Source: an uncultured Gammaproteobacteria bacterium (lineage in GTDB: Bacteria; Pseudomonadota; Gammaproteobacteria; JAJDYQ01). Taken from it: a stretch of DNA of 64,000 bases. The notes beneath the pieces are model-generated. The model made no database searches, was not told the origin of the DNA, and saw only the letters and a list, made by a program, of their open reading frames with translations. A program made the translations under genes and the position numbers. The stretch covers positions 4,518 to 68,517 of the forward strand of contig CALODD010000067.1 in NCBI GenBank assembly GCA_942491945.1, read 5' to 3'. Each line of letters opens with the position of its first letter. The stretch's first letter is position 1. Of this stretch, positions 31,211 through 43,323 are shown one piece after another.

Positions 31211-31966
31211 ATGTTGTTTTTACGTTCCTTACTCTTCTGGATTGGAATGACGATCTCTACCATCGTCATTACCCCAATTATTCCTTTACTGCGCCCAATC
31301 CCTTATAAGCTACGTTATCGTTACGCGCATAACTGGACCAGATTTAATCTCTGGTGGTTACAGATTACCTGTGGGCTGAAATATCGCGTCAGTGGTGTCA
31401 CTGATATTCCAGACGGTGCGCATATCGTCATGGCGAAACACCAGTCGGCATGGGAAACCATGGCATTACAAAAACTGTTTCCACCACAAGTGTGGATTAT
31501 GAAACGGGAAATCTTCTGGATTCCCTTTTTCGGCTGGGCCATCGCTGCTATGGAGCCCATCGCTATTGATCGTTCATCAGGACGTAAAGCCGTCACACAA
31601 ATAGTAGAGCAGGGCAGAAAGAAACTCGGTGAAGGTCACTGGATTGTTTTATTCCCCGAAGGCACACGCGTACCACCTGGTAAGAAAGGTCGTTATGGGC
31701 TCGGCGGTGCTATTCTGGCTACGGAAACCGGCTACTCTGTTATTCCGGTTGCACATAACGCTGGCGAATTCTGGAAACGTAATGACTTTATTAAACGCCC
31801 CGGTACCGTTGATGTCGTCATCGGTGAACCTATAGAAAGTAAAGGTCTGACACCGAACGAACTGAATCAAAAAGTCGAAGCCTGGATAGAAGGGGAGATG
31901 GCGAAGATCAGTATCACACCGTATACGGGTGAGTTACATCAGCGGAAGATGAAGAAGAAAAAATAG
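31211..31966 (+). CDS. plsC: 1-acyl-sn-glycerol-3-phosphate acyltransferase
   Basis: KHQSAWET (HxxxxD/E), IAIDRS, LFPEGTR. Confidence 0.9.
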   Translation: MLFLRSLLFWIGMTISTIVITPIIPLLRPIPYKLRYRYAHNWTRFNLWWLQITCGLKYRVSGVTDIPDGAHIVMAKHQSAWETMALQKLFPPQVWIMKREIFWIPFFGWAIAAMEPIAIDRSSGRKAVTQIVEQGRKKLGEGHWIVLFPEGTRVPPGKKGRYGLGGAILATETGYSVIPVAHNAGEFWKRNDFIKRPGTVDVVIGEPIESKGLTPNELNQKVEAWIEGEMAKISITPYTGELHQRKMKKKK

Positions 31967-31969
31967 GAA

Positions 31970-32263
31970 TTATTCTTCTCTTGATACCCAGTAATCTGGT
32001 TTACGATGTAAGTGAGCAATAGCCACGATTAAAATTTCTGTCTCTTTAATCTGGTAAATTATTCCATAAGGAAATCGATTCACCAGACAACGTCGCGCGT
32101 ATAAACTTATCGACTGATAAGATTCAGGGTATTCAGAAATACGTTTTAGCGATTGGACAATCTCATCAACAAAACGATGACCTAAGCCTGTTTGTTCGTG
32201 TTCGTAATAATCAAACGCATCATCCAGCTCATTACGAGCGGGATCAAGAAAGACTATTTTCAC
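31970..32263 (-). CDS. Type II toxin, RelE/ParE family
   Basis: ARNELDDAFDYY, RRCLVNRFPYGIIY, ILIVAIAHLHRKPDYW. Confidence 0.88.
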   Translation of the reverse strand: MKIVFLDPARNELDDAFDYYEHEQTGLGHRFVDEIVQSLKRISEYPESYQSISLYARRCLVNRFPYGIIYQIKETEILIVAIAHLHRKPDYWVSREE

Positions 32264-32478
32264 TTACTATATTTACCCAGTACCTCATTAACAGGAACAG
32301 CAGTTAATTCACCACGCTCATATGCTTCAACCCGAGCATCCGCTTCCTTAGCCCAGATAACATCAAGTTCGGAGTCAGGATGATCCAGACTGGATAATAA
32401 TGTCTCAGCAATATCAGCACGTTCACTTGCTGTTAGTTCGAGTGCCTGTTTTATGATGGAGTGCGATTGTTGAGACAT
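32260..32478 (-). CDS. Addiction-module antitoxin (TIGR02574-like)
   Basis: ALELTASERADIAETLLSSLD...WAKEADARVEAY...G; 4-nt overlap with the toxin. Confidence 0.85.
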   Translation of the reverse strand: MSQQSHSIIKQALELTASERADIAETLLSSLDHPDSELDVIWAKEADARVEAYERGELTAVPVNEVLGKYSK

Positions 32479-32652
32479 AGTAAATAGCTTAGCAGTAAAT
32501 AAATTTTTGGGGCAAGAATTTAACTTTTTCCTCTGAAACTAGCTAGCATTATGATTTATTATCCAATTATGAACTTAGCACCGTTCTTCCATTAGCTATT
32601 CTTTCTCAATACTACATTAGAGTTGTTTAAATTTTACAGAAAAAAGCTAAAT

Positions 32653-33111
32653 TCAATAGTCCGACCATTCTGACTTTATTGTTATCGGTCTAGGATGAAC
32701 ATAAGTACTGTCTTTATAACCATTGCTACAGACTTTACGTTCCCAATAGCCATTATCGTTGCTGCTTTGGAGCCTAATTAATCTATCGTCTTTATCATAG
32801 CAATGCTGACAAAATGGACCCTCTTTCTTATTCTCTTGATAAAGCCAATAATAAGGTTTCTCGTACTTTACATTCTTCTTAATTTGAAAAGATTCTTGAA
32901 GTTCTTTAATTGTTTCATCTTTCTGAAGAATGAGATTTTGAACTTCAGCTGTTTCTATTTTTGCATCGGCAAGCGCTGATATTAAATCAGCTAACTGCAA
33001 TTTCACTTCGGCCTGTTCCAAAGATGAATTACTTTCTTTTAATAATTTAGCAATCTCCGTTGCTGTTTTTACACTTCCTAAAATTGAAGCAATTGCTGTA
33101 AAATCGGGCAT
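32653..33111 (-). CDS. Hypothetical protein: N-terminal coiled coil plus C-terminal zinc-ribbon-like region
   Basis: Heptad-rich N-terminal half; GPFCQHCYD and YWERKVC; AT-rich. Confidence 0.7.
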   Translation of the reverse strand: MPDFTAIASILGSVKTATEIAKLLKESNSSLEQAEVKLQLADLISALADAKIETAEVQNLILQKDETIKELQESFQIKKNVKYEKPYYWLYQENKKEGPFCQHCYDKDDRLIRLQSSNDNGYWERKVCSNGYKDSTYVHPRPITIKSEWSDY

Positions 33112-33117
33112 ATTTAA

Positions 33118-35514
<2,397 letters not shown>

Positions 35515-35564
35515 AGAGTAAGTATCTTGTTTTTACAGTAATTTCTGCGGGTTACAACAGCGGG

Positions 35565-36647
35565 CTATTGTACCACTTCTTTTACCTGACCTTGTTTCAC
35601 GTGAAACATTTTATCTGCATATCGATGCTTTTCAGGTAATTGATTTATGTCGATGCAAGAGATAAAAACCTGCATAGGAATTGAACGCAGAATATCCATT
35701 ACCAGGCTGACATGCTCCTGATCTAACTCACTCGGTAAGTCATCTACCAACAATATTCCTGAATGGCGACCAAGTTCCTGCTGCAAGCTAGCCTGCGCCA
35801 GGTACAGAGCAAAGGTAATTAATTTTTTCTGGCCTCGAGAGGCTGAGTCTTTTGCCAGCACACCATTTAATCGGATACCAATATCAGCACGCTGAGGCCC
35901 ATAGTAGGTAAAGTGTCTTTCTGTATCCCGGCTAAAATTCTCATCAAGCACATCTTTAAGATTATTATCAAACGGCCAACCACGTTGATATTTAATATCC
36001 AGAGCTTGATCAGGCAGCAAGCCTGAAAAGAAATCTATAATCTTTGGAGTCAGCAATTCAAGGTATTCGGCCCGATACTCATCAAGTGATTCAGATAACT
36101 GAATGTATTCCTTACTCCATGCCGACATGGTACGCGCATCAGTGCCCGAAGAGAGCATGGCATTACGTTGTGAAAGACTGCGCTGAAAACGCCGCCATAT
36201 TTCTGCGTAATCATGTTTCACGTGAAACACGCCCCAATCCATGAAACGCCGACGAATATCTGGTGAATCATCTAATAATCGATAACTGAGAGGGGTAATT
36301 GCCTGAACCGGCTGAAATGCAGCATATTCTGAAGCCCGCTGTACTGTTTCACGTGAAACATTAAGCTGTATGTGAGAATCCTGCCATTTGAACTGCACCG
36401 GCATCGTGGGATTAGATTCCTGACTAATATCACCCATAACAGAGAAATCGGTGGTGGAGAATTGTTGGAGTTTGCGCGGGGAGGCCCCCAAGAAAGATTT
36501 TGCGGAACAGAGGAGATGAATCGCATCGAGTAGGGAAGTCTTCCCAGAGGCATTATCACCGGAAATAATCTGCAGGCCCGTATCTAGATCAATACGGACA
36601 TTTTGCAGATTACGAAATTGGTAGGTTTGTAGGCGGTGCAGGGGCAT
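35565..36647 (-). CDS. recF: DNA replication and repair protein RecF
   Basis: FRNL, GDNASGKTSLL Walker A, RRRFMDWG, SRGQKK, LLVDDLPSELD. Confidence 0.95.
   Translation of the reverse strand: MPLHRLQTYQFRNLQNVRIDLDTGLQIISGDNASGKTSLLDAIHLLCSAKSFLGASPRKLQQFSTTDFSVMGDISQESNPTMPVQFKWQDSHIQLNVSRETVQRASEYAAFQPVQAITPLSYRLLDDSPDIRRRFMDWGVFHVKHDYAEIWRRFQRSLSQRNAMLSSGTDARTMSAWSKEYIQLSESLDEYRAEYLELLTPKIIDFFSGLLPDQALDIKYQRGWPFDNNLKDVLDENFSRDTERHFTYYGPQRADIGIRLNGVLAKDSASRGQKKLITFALYLAQASLQQELGRHSGILLVDDLPSELDQEHVSLVMDILRSIPMQVFISCIDINQLPEKHRYADKMFHVKQGQVKEVVQ
35593..35608. promoter_or_regulatory. parS centromere site inside recF
   Basis: Perfect palindrome TGTTTCACGTGAAACA. Confidence 0.9.
36214..36229. 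promoter_or_regulatory. parS centromere site inside recF
   Basis: Perfect palindrome TGTTTCACGTGAAACA. Confidence 0.9.
36345..36360. promoter_or_regulatory. parS centromere site inside recF
   Basis: Perfect palindrome TGTTTCACGTGAAACA. Confidence 0.9.
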
Positions 36648-36666
36648 TAAAGCACCAGGGTGGAGA

Positions 36667-37770
36667 CTAAAGTCTCATTGGCATAACGACGTAGTTTGAA
36701 GAATCATCCTCAGAAGCCTGGATCAAACAACTGCTATTTGAATCAGTCAAAATCACTTTAACCTGTTCACTAGTCACCGCGTTAATAGCGTCAAGTAGAT
36801 AGTTGGCATTAAAACCAATTTCAAATTCATCACCCGTGTAATCAACCGCAACCTCGTCTTCTGCTTCTTCCTGCTCTGGGTTATGCGCCATTAGCTGTAA
36901 ATTATTTTGCTGCAGGATCATGCGAATACCACGATATTTCTCATTAGAGAGAATCGCCACACGTACCAAGGTCTGGCGCAATAACTCCTTATCAGCGAGA
37001 ATTATGTTGTTACCGCCTTCAGGCATAACACGGTTGTAATCAGGGAAGCGGCCATCAATCAATTTAGACGTGAATGTCATATCGCTAATTTCTAACCTGA
37101 TGTGGCTACTACCAACAGTAATAGCAACTTCGTCATCACTATCAGCCAACAAGCGCATTAATTCCTGGATACCTTTACGAGGAACAATGACCTGACGACT
37201 TTCTTCATTCACATCGATATCAACCGTAATATCTTTCATAGCCAATCGATGACCATCAGTTGCAACACTACGTAAGAGTGAAGACGACATTTCCATCATC
37301 AAACCATTCAGGTAGTAACGTACATCCTGTTGTGCCATTGAGAAATGAGTTGCATCAAAGATGGTCTTTAACGTTGATTGAGAAACACTAAAGCGAGTTT
37401 GTGTGGTGATCTCATCAATCAACGGAAATTCTGTTGAGGGCAGGGTAGACAATGTAAAACGACTACGACCTGATTGCAGTGTGGCTCTATCACCATTCAG
37501 CGTAATGGTAACCGTCGCATCATCACTTAGATTACGGCAAATATCTAACCACTTACGTGCTGGAATCGTTGCTTCACCGGAAGCTTCTACTTCGCATCCC
37601 AGTTTAATAATGAGTTCAACTTCCAGATCGGTAGCCGCCAGAGTAATAAAACCATCTTCGGCTTTAACCAGAATGTTTCCAAGCACAGGTAATGTCTGAC
37701 GTCTTTCAACAACACCAGAGAGTTGCTGGAGGGCTTTGAGAATCACATCACGTGGTATCTGGAATTTCAT
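36667..37770 (-). CDS. dnaN: DNA polymerase III beta sliding clamp
   Basis: RRQTLPVLGN, ATDLE, QDVRYYLNG, VATDGHRLA, LIDGRFPDY, IGFNANYLLD, VVMPMRL. Confidence 0.98.
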   Translation of the reverse strand: MKFQIPRDVILKALQQLSGVVERRQTLPVLGNILVKAEDGFITLAATDLEVELIIKLGCEVEASGEATIPARKWLDICRNLSDDATVTITLNGDRATLQSGRSRFTLSTLPSTEFPLIDEITTQTRFSVSQSTLKTIFDATHFSMAQQDVRYYLNGLMMEMSSSLLRSVATDGHRLAMKDITVDIDVNEESRQVIVPRKGIQELMRLLADSDDEVAITVGSSHIRLEISDMTFTSKLIDGRFPDYNRVMPEGGNNIILADKELLRQTLVRVAILSNEKYRGIRMILQQNNLQLMAHNPEQEEAEDEVAVDYTGDEFEIGFNANYLLDAINAVTSEQVKVILTDSNSSCLIQASEDDSSNYVVMPMRL

Positions 37771-37977
37771 TATTAATAATCCCTTTTATATATAAATTTA
37801 TTATTATAGTTAGTCTTATGGATATGTGTATAACCTTAAAATAACTATTAATATCAGTATGTTATATTGATTTTCACAGCCGTTAACGCTGTGGTTTTCT
37901 CTCCATTAGAAAGTGGATTATTTGTGGATAAGTCACTTTCTTTATTCTTGTCGACAATTCTATACAAGTTATCCACA
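37771..37977. other. Probable chromosomal origin (oriC) in the dnaA-dnaN spacer
   Basis: DnaA boxes TGTGTATAA 37825-37833, TGTGGATAA 37923-37931, TTATCCACA 37969-37977, a near-match at 37870-37878, and a very AT-rich tract at 37771-37870. Confidence 0.75.
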
Positions 37978-39297
37978 TTATGTAGTGAATGTTCTTAACA
38001 GGTTTTGATAATCTTCTCGTATGCGATTATCGCCTTCGCGTAATTCTTCTATTTTACGGCATGCATGTAAAACGGTTGTATGGTCTCGTCCACCAAATGC
38101 ATCGCCAATTTCAGGTAAGGAATGATTCGTTAGTTCTTTAGCTAATGCCATTGCCAGCTGTCGTGGGCGGGTAATTGAACGACTACGGCTTTTGGAATGT
38201 AAATCGGCAACCCGAATCTTGTAATACTCGGCAACCGTTTTCTGAATATTATCGATGCTGACCATCCTCTCCTGCATCGCCAGTAAATCGCGCAGTGCTT
38301 CCTGGGTCAGATCCATTGTAATTGGACGATGCGTAAATTGCGCATGGGCAATCAAACGACGCAGCACACCCTCGAGTTCGCGTACATTTGACTGAATACG
38401 CTTAGCGACAAAGAAAGCAACTTCATCCGGTAACTCCATCTGCGTTTCTTCAGCTTTACGTTTTAATATTGCTGCGCGGGTTTCGAGCTCAGGTGGATCC
38501 ACAGCAACCGTTAGACCCCAGCCAAAACGTGATTTAAGCCGGTCTTCCAGGCCTTCGACTTCCTTAGGGTAACGATCACAGGTCAGAATAACTTGTTGTT
38601 GTGATTCCAGCAGGCTATTGAAGGTATGGAAAAATTCTTCCTGGGATCGTTCCTTGCCAGCAAAAAACTGAATATCGTCAATCAATAGTGCATCGACATT
38701 CCGATAGAAACGTTTGAAATTATCGATAGTATTGTGTTGCAGGGCTTTCACCATGTCAGAGACAAATCGCTCTGAGTGTAGATAAACAATTTTGGTATCG
38801 GGTTTACGTGCCAGCATGGTATTGCCGACGGCTTGCATCAGGTGAGTTTTACCTAATCCGGTACCGCCATAGATAAACAGCGGGTTATAAGTGCCTCCGG
38901 GGTTGTCGGCCACCTGTAGTGATGCCGCCTTGGCCAGTTCGTTTGATTTGCCTTGAACAAAGCTGTCGAAGACAAAACTGGGATCCAGGTTACTGCGGAA
39001 TGTGTCGGAACTGGGGATGGGTGGCCGTGGCGGCGTATTTTCCGTAACAGGTTGTTCTACGGGCTTTTTTTTCAGAGACCCGATTTCCAGCGACACTGTG
39101 AGATCAGTATTTTTTAGTAAGACAATTTCACGGATACGTGCCATGAAATTTTCTTCGACCCAGTCCTGAACAAAACGATTGGGTGCCAGTAGACGCAGTT
39201 TTTCACTGTCTTCAATTGCATGTAACGGCCGAATCCAGGTATTGAATTGCTGCTCCGGTAATTCAGACTGTAAACGGCTAAGACAGTGGTCCCACAT
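37978..39297 (-). CDS. dnaA: Chromosomal replication initiator DnaA
   Basis: [54 protein letters not shown]. Confidence 0.99.
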   Translation of the reverse strand: MWDHCLSRLQSELPEQQFNTWIRPLHAIEDSEKLRLLAPNRFVQDWVEENFMARIREIVLLKNTDLTVSLEIGSLKKKPVEQPVTENTPPRPPIPSSDTFRSNLDPSFVFDSFVQGKSNELAKAASLQVADNPGGTYNPLFIYGGTGLGKTHLMQAVGNTMLARKPDTKIVYLHSERFVSDMVKALQHNTIDNFKRFYRNVDALLIDDIQFFAGKERSQEEFFHTFNSLLESQQQVILTCDRYPKEVEGLEDRLKSRFGWGLTVAVDPPELETRAAILKRKAEETQMELPDEVAFFVAKRIQSNVRELEGVLRRLIAHAQFTHRPITMDLTQEALRDLLAMQERMVSIDNIQKTVAEYYKIRVADLHSKSRSRSITRPRQLAMALAKELTNHSLPEIGDAFGGRDHTTVLHACRKIEELREGDNRIREDYQNLLRTFTT

Positions 39298-39381
39298 CGG
39301 TATTGATTTTGTTCCTGTTGGAGGGTGTATTCGGGTCTGCCGATGGCCGAGGCTATCAGCAAAGCGGCAGTCTATAATGGT

Positions 39382-39390
39382 TTATCCACA
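39382..39390. promoter_or_regulatory. DnaA box upstream of dnaA (autoregulation)
   Basis: Perfect TTATCCACA. Confidence 0.75.
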
Positions 39391-39482
39391 GACGCCATAG
39401 CCAGTCGCATCGGAGTCTTTTTCTGAGTATGTCGATTGCGGTAAAATCGTTGCCATAACAGGCTTTTAGCTGTTTTCAGTGG

Positions 39483-39511
39483 TTGACACCACCCCAGCGC
39501 TTACGTATCCT
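39483..39511 (+). promoter_or_regulatory. Sigma70 promoter for rpmH
   Basis: TTGACA, 17-bp spacer, TATCCT, followed by a GC-rich discriminator. Confidence 0.7.
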
Positions 39512-39575
39512 GCGCGACCCTTATGCATAGGCTGTTTAGCCTTGCTGATTTAATATTAGATTTAGGTTCAGGATT

Positions 39576-39713
39576 ATGAAAAGAACATTTCAACCAAGCC
39601 GCATCAAGCGTGCTCGCACACACGGTTTTCGTGCTCGTATGGCTACCAAGGCTGGTCGTCGCGTTTTGAAGTCACGCCGCGCTAAAGGTCGTGCTCGTCT
39701 GACTCCGGTATAG
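39576..39713 (+). CDS. rpmH: 50S ribosomal protein L34
   Basis: Hand translation [45 protein letters not shown] (too short for the ORF track). Confidence 0.98.
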   Translation: MKRTFQPSRIKRARTHGFRARMATKAGRRVLKSRRAKGRARLTPV

Positions 39714-39818
39714 CGATTATTCAGCGTCTTATTATCTGGCAATTCTGAGAGCCATATAATAGGCATGATAGTCGACCTGAGTTGAACGATTACTGATTTG
39801 ATTCTCAGGAGTTAAAGA

Positions 39819-40175
39819 GTGGGGCGCTTTTCCAGGAAGGCGATTAGTCTGGAGAAGCAGGATTTTTCACGAGTCTTCCAGCAAAACGTACGATCCGCTG
39901 ACGCACATTTTGTGGTACTAGCCAGGCGTAATACAGCACCACTTTCACGTCTGGGTCTGGCGATAGCAAAAAAGCATACGCCAAAGGCGACAGCTAGAAA
40001 TCGTATTAAGCGTTTAATTCGAGAGAGCTTTAATCAGCAGCAACCGTTTCCCTCAAATGTGGATGTGGTCGTGATGAATCGTCGACAGGTCGAACGGAAA
40101 ACAAACGAACAGATTGTTTCCATACTAGATTCACACTGGCAACGTATTCTAAAGAAAATTAACCGAGATACTTAA
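39819..40175 (+). CDS. rnpA: Ribonuclease P protein component
   Basis: SRLGLAIAKK, ATARNRIKRLIRESF (RNR motif), position after rpmH. Confidence 0.95.
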   Translation: MGRFSRKAISLEKQDFSRVFQQNVRSADAHFVVLARRNTAPLSRLGLAIAKKHTPKATARNRIKRLIRESFNQQQPFPSNVDVVVMNRRQVERKTNEQIVSILDSHWQRILKKINRDT

Positions 40176-40190
40176 ACAGGTATTTATTCC

Positions 40191-41900
40191 ATGGGTAATC
40201 CAAGACTGGTTCTAATTCTGGCACTCGGCTTTATCAGTATGCTGTTGTGGCAAGCCTGGCAGGAAGATTACGGGCCCAAGCCAGTTCAGGCGCCAACGCA
40301 GCAAGTAGCATCAACTTCTTCATCAACACAGTCTTCATCATCTGCGATTGATAAACAGACCGGTGAAGAATTGCCAGAGTTATCTCAGAGCTCTACTTTA
40401 CAATCAATGTCACCGACAGTTGCTTCTAATGACGGCACTCAATTACCTGTCCCTAAAACAACGGAAGAACATATTCATGTTGTTACAGATAAATTAGATG
40501 TCTGGATTGATACCAAGGGTGGTGAGATTAGTGGCGCGGCTTTGCGTGCCTATCCGGTAGAACAGGCGACACCTGATAAACCCTTTCCATTACTCAATAA
40601 AACACCGGCACATTTTTATGTTGCGCAATCAGGTCTGTTGAGTAAACAAACAGCACCGAACCACCTTGCGCAATTTCAGGCAGAGAAAAATGAATATCGT
40701 CTCAGTGAAGGTGATGATGAATTGCGTGTTCCTCTGGTCTGGCAAGATGAAAGTGGCATCCGTGTTATCAAGACATTGATCTTTAAGCGCGATACCCACG
40801 TCGTTGATGTTCACTATCAGGTAGAGAACCGTTCTGGCCAGGCCTGGCAGGGAAATCAATATCGTCAGATTCTGCGTACGGCATCATCAGATGGTGGCGG
40901 CATGACCGATATGATGATGTACACATTTAATGGCGCCGCTTATTTCAGTGCCGAAGACAAATTTGAAAAGATCCAGCTAGATGATATTGCAGACGATCCA
41001 CTATCAAAGGACGTGACTGGTGGTTGGGTTGGCATGATTCAGCATTACTTCTTATCAGCGTGGATACCGGATAAGAATGAAACCAATAATTTTTATACAC
41101 GCACGATTAGTGGCGGACGTCATGCGATTGGCATGATCTCACCGGAGATTCTGATACAGCCGGGCCAAAGCGGTGAATTTATCAGTCGCTTTTATGCAGG
41201 TCCGAAAGAGCAACAGGTTCTTGAACAGCTGGCCGAAGGTCTGGAACTGAGTGTTGATTACAGCTGGTTGACGATCATCGCGAAACCGATCTTCTGGTTG
41301 ATGACCTTTATCCACGAAAACATTGTTAGTAACTGGGGTTGGGCAATCATCTTACTAACGCTGACGATTAAGCTGATATTTTTCAAGCTATCAGAATATG
41401 GTTATCGCTCAATGGCGAACATGCGTCGCGTACAACCAAAGATGGCATCGCTGAAAGAGCGTTACGGCGAAGACAAGCAGCGTTTCCAGCAGGAAATGAT
41501 GAAGCTTTATAAGAAGGAAAAAATTAACCCGATGAGTGGTTGTTTTCCTATCCTGTTACAGATTCCGGTATTCATCGCTTTGTACTGGGTACTACTTGAA
41601 AGTGTTGAGCTACGTCACGCGCCATTTATTCTATGGATCGAAGATCTTTCTGCGAAAGACCCTTACTTTGTATTACCTATCATTATGGGCGTCACCATGG
41701 TGCTGCAGCAGAAGCTGAATCCAGCACCAATGGATGAAATGCAGAAAACCATCATGAAGGTCTTACCGATCGTCTTCACTATCTTCTTCCTGTTCTTCCC
41801 GGCCGGTCTGGTACTGTACTGGGTAGTTAACAACGTTCTTTCTATTGCCCAGCAGTGGGTAATTACCCGTCGTATTGAACGCGGGGAAGGAAAGAAATAA
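40191..41900 (+). CDS. yidC: Membrane protein insertase YidC
   Basis: GWVGMIQHYF, VDYSWL, NWGWAIILLT, GCFPILLQIPVF, LVLYWVVNN. Confidence 0.97.
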   Translation: MGNPRLVLILALGFISMLLWQAWQEDYGPKPVQAPTQQVASTSSSTQSSSSAIDKQTGEELPELSQSSTLQSMSPTVASNDGTQLPVPKTTEEHIHVVTDKLDVWIDTKGGEISGAALRAYPVEQATPDKPFPLLNKTPAHFYVAQSGLLSKQTAPNHLAQFQAEKNEYRLSEGDDELRVPLVWQDESGIRVIKTLIFKRDTHVVDVHYQVENRSGQAWQGNQYRQILRTASSDGGGMTDMMMYTFNGAAYFSAEDKFEKIQLDDIADDPLSKDVTGGWVGMIQHYFLSAWIPDKNETNNFYTRTISGGRHAIGMISPEILIQPGQSGEFISRFYAGPKEQQVLEQLAEGLELSVDYSWLTIIAKPIFWLMTFIHENIVSNWGWAIILLTLTIKLIFFKLSEYGYRSMANMRRVQPKMASLKERYGEDKQRFQQEMMKLYKKEKINPMSGCFPILLQIPVFIALYWVLLESVELRHAPFILWIEDLSAKDPYFVLPIIMGVTMVLQQKLNPAPMDEMQKTIMKVLPIVFTIFFLFFPAGLVLYWVVNNVLSIAQQWVITRRIERGEGKK

Positions 41901-41926
41901 TCCCGCTACTGATCTTTCCTTAGATC

Positions 41927-43276
41927 ATGGCTACCGTTGATACGATTGCTGCTATAGCGACACCACCCGGTCGAGGTGGTGTTTGCATCATTCGTATTTC
42001 CGGTAGCAACATTTCACAACTTGCTGAAAAAATAATCGGCAAGTATCCTAAGCCGCGTTATGCACACTATGCGCATTTTCGTGATTGCACGACCGAGCAA
42101 GTCGTCGATGAAGGCATAGCCATTTATTTCCCGGGGCCGAATTCATTTACCGGCGAAGATGTACTTGAGTTACAGGGACATGGTGGCGTTGTTGTCAGCG
42201 ATATGATTTTAACGGCCGCATTAAATGCCGGCGCACGTGTTGCGCGACCGGGTGAATTTTCAGAGCGTGCTTTTTTAAATAATAAACTGGACCTGGCTCA
42301 GGCTGAAGCCGTGGCCGACCTTATCGATGCCGGATCACAACAGGCTGCACGTGCTGCTCTAAGAACCCTCGATGGTGAATTCTCACGCCATATTCATACC
42401 TTATTAGCAGAGCTAACCGAGCTACGGGTTTATGTTGAATCTTCTATGGACTTTGCCGATGAGGAAATTGAATTACTCGAACGTGGCGATATTGAATCAC
42501 GCTTAAATAAACTACACCATGAAATTTCACAGGTGGCTAAAGCGGCTCAGCGCGGTCGTATTCTGGGTGAAGGTATTAACATGGTGATCGCAGGCCGACC
42601 CAATGCAGGCAAGTCGAGTTTGATGAATGTCCTAAGTGGTCGTGATACTGCAATCGTGACCGATATACCAGGAACCACCCGCGATATTATACGTGAACAG
42701 ATTTCCATCGAAGGTATCCCGGTACATATCCTGGATACGGCTGGCATACGCGATGAAGCAGAAGTCATTGAAGAAGAGGGCATACGTCGAGCAAAGGATA
42801 GTCTATCCAGTGCCGACCTCGTGCTGTGGGTACATGATGATACACAGACACTAAATACATCAGACTATGAGTCTTATACAGATCGCCCCTGCTTAATTGT
42901 CATGAACAAGATAGATCTATCAGGAAGAACTGCTGGCGTGATAGAAAGTAAAATTCCATCGGTGGCAATTTGCACGAAATCAGCAGATGGTATCGATGTC
43001 TTACGAACTGAAATACTGAAAATCATTAACGCTGGTGAACAAAGCGAAAATGAATTCAGTGCTCGCCAGCGTCACATGCTGGCTTTAGCCGATACGAAGA
43101 ATTTCCTTGATGCCGCAGTGGCTCAGCTACAGGTACAACTCAAGCAGGGCGGTGGCGGAGAACTGTTAGCGGAAGAGTTGCGCATGGCTCAGCATACACT
43201 GAGTGACATTACCGGTGAATTTACTGCCGATGATTTACTGGGAAAGATATTTTCTGAGTTTTGTATAGGCAAATAA
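41927..43276 (+). CDS. mnmE: tRNA modification GTPase MnmE
   Basis: TIAAIATPPGRGG, GRPNAGKSS, TDIPGTTRD, DTAGIR, IFSEFCIGK. Confidence 0.98.
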   Translation: MATVDTIAAIATPPGRGGVCIIRISGSNISQLAEKIIGKYPKPRYAHYAHFRDCTTEQVVDEGIAIYFPGPNSFTGEDVLELQGHGGVVVSDMILTAALNAGARVARPGEFSERAFLNNKLDLAQAEAVADLIDAGSQQAARAALRTLDGEFSRHIHTLLAELTELRVYVESSMDFADEEIELLERGDIESRLNKLHHEISQVAKAAQRGRILGEGINMVIAGRPNAGKSSLMNVLSGRDTAIVTDIPGTTRDIIREQISIEGIPVHILDTAGIRDEAEVIEEEGIRRAKDSLSSADLVLWVHDDTQTLNTSDYESYTDRPCLIVMNKIDLSGRTAGVIESKIPSVAICTKSADGIDVLRTEILKIINAGEQSENEFSARQRHMLALADTKNFLDAAVAQLQVQLKQGGGGELLAEELRMAQHTLSDITGEFTADDLLGKIFSEFCIGK

Positions 43277-43300
43277 AAAAGCCACCGATAAGGTGGCTTT
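43275..43300. terminator. Intrinsic terminator between convergent mnmE and mlaA
   Basis: AAAAAAGCCACC-gataa-GGTGGCTTT hairpin with A and T tracts. Confidence 0.8.
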
Positions 43301-43323
43301 CTAGTATCTACGGTTTAGTTTTT

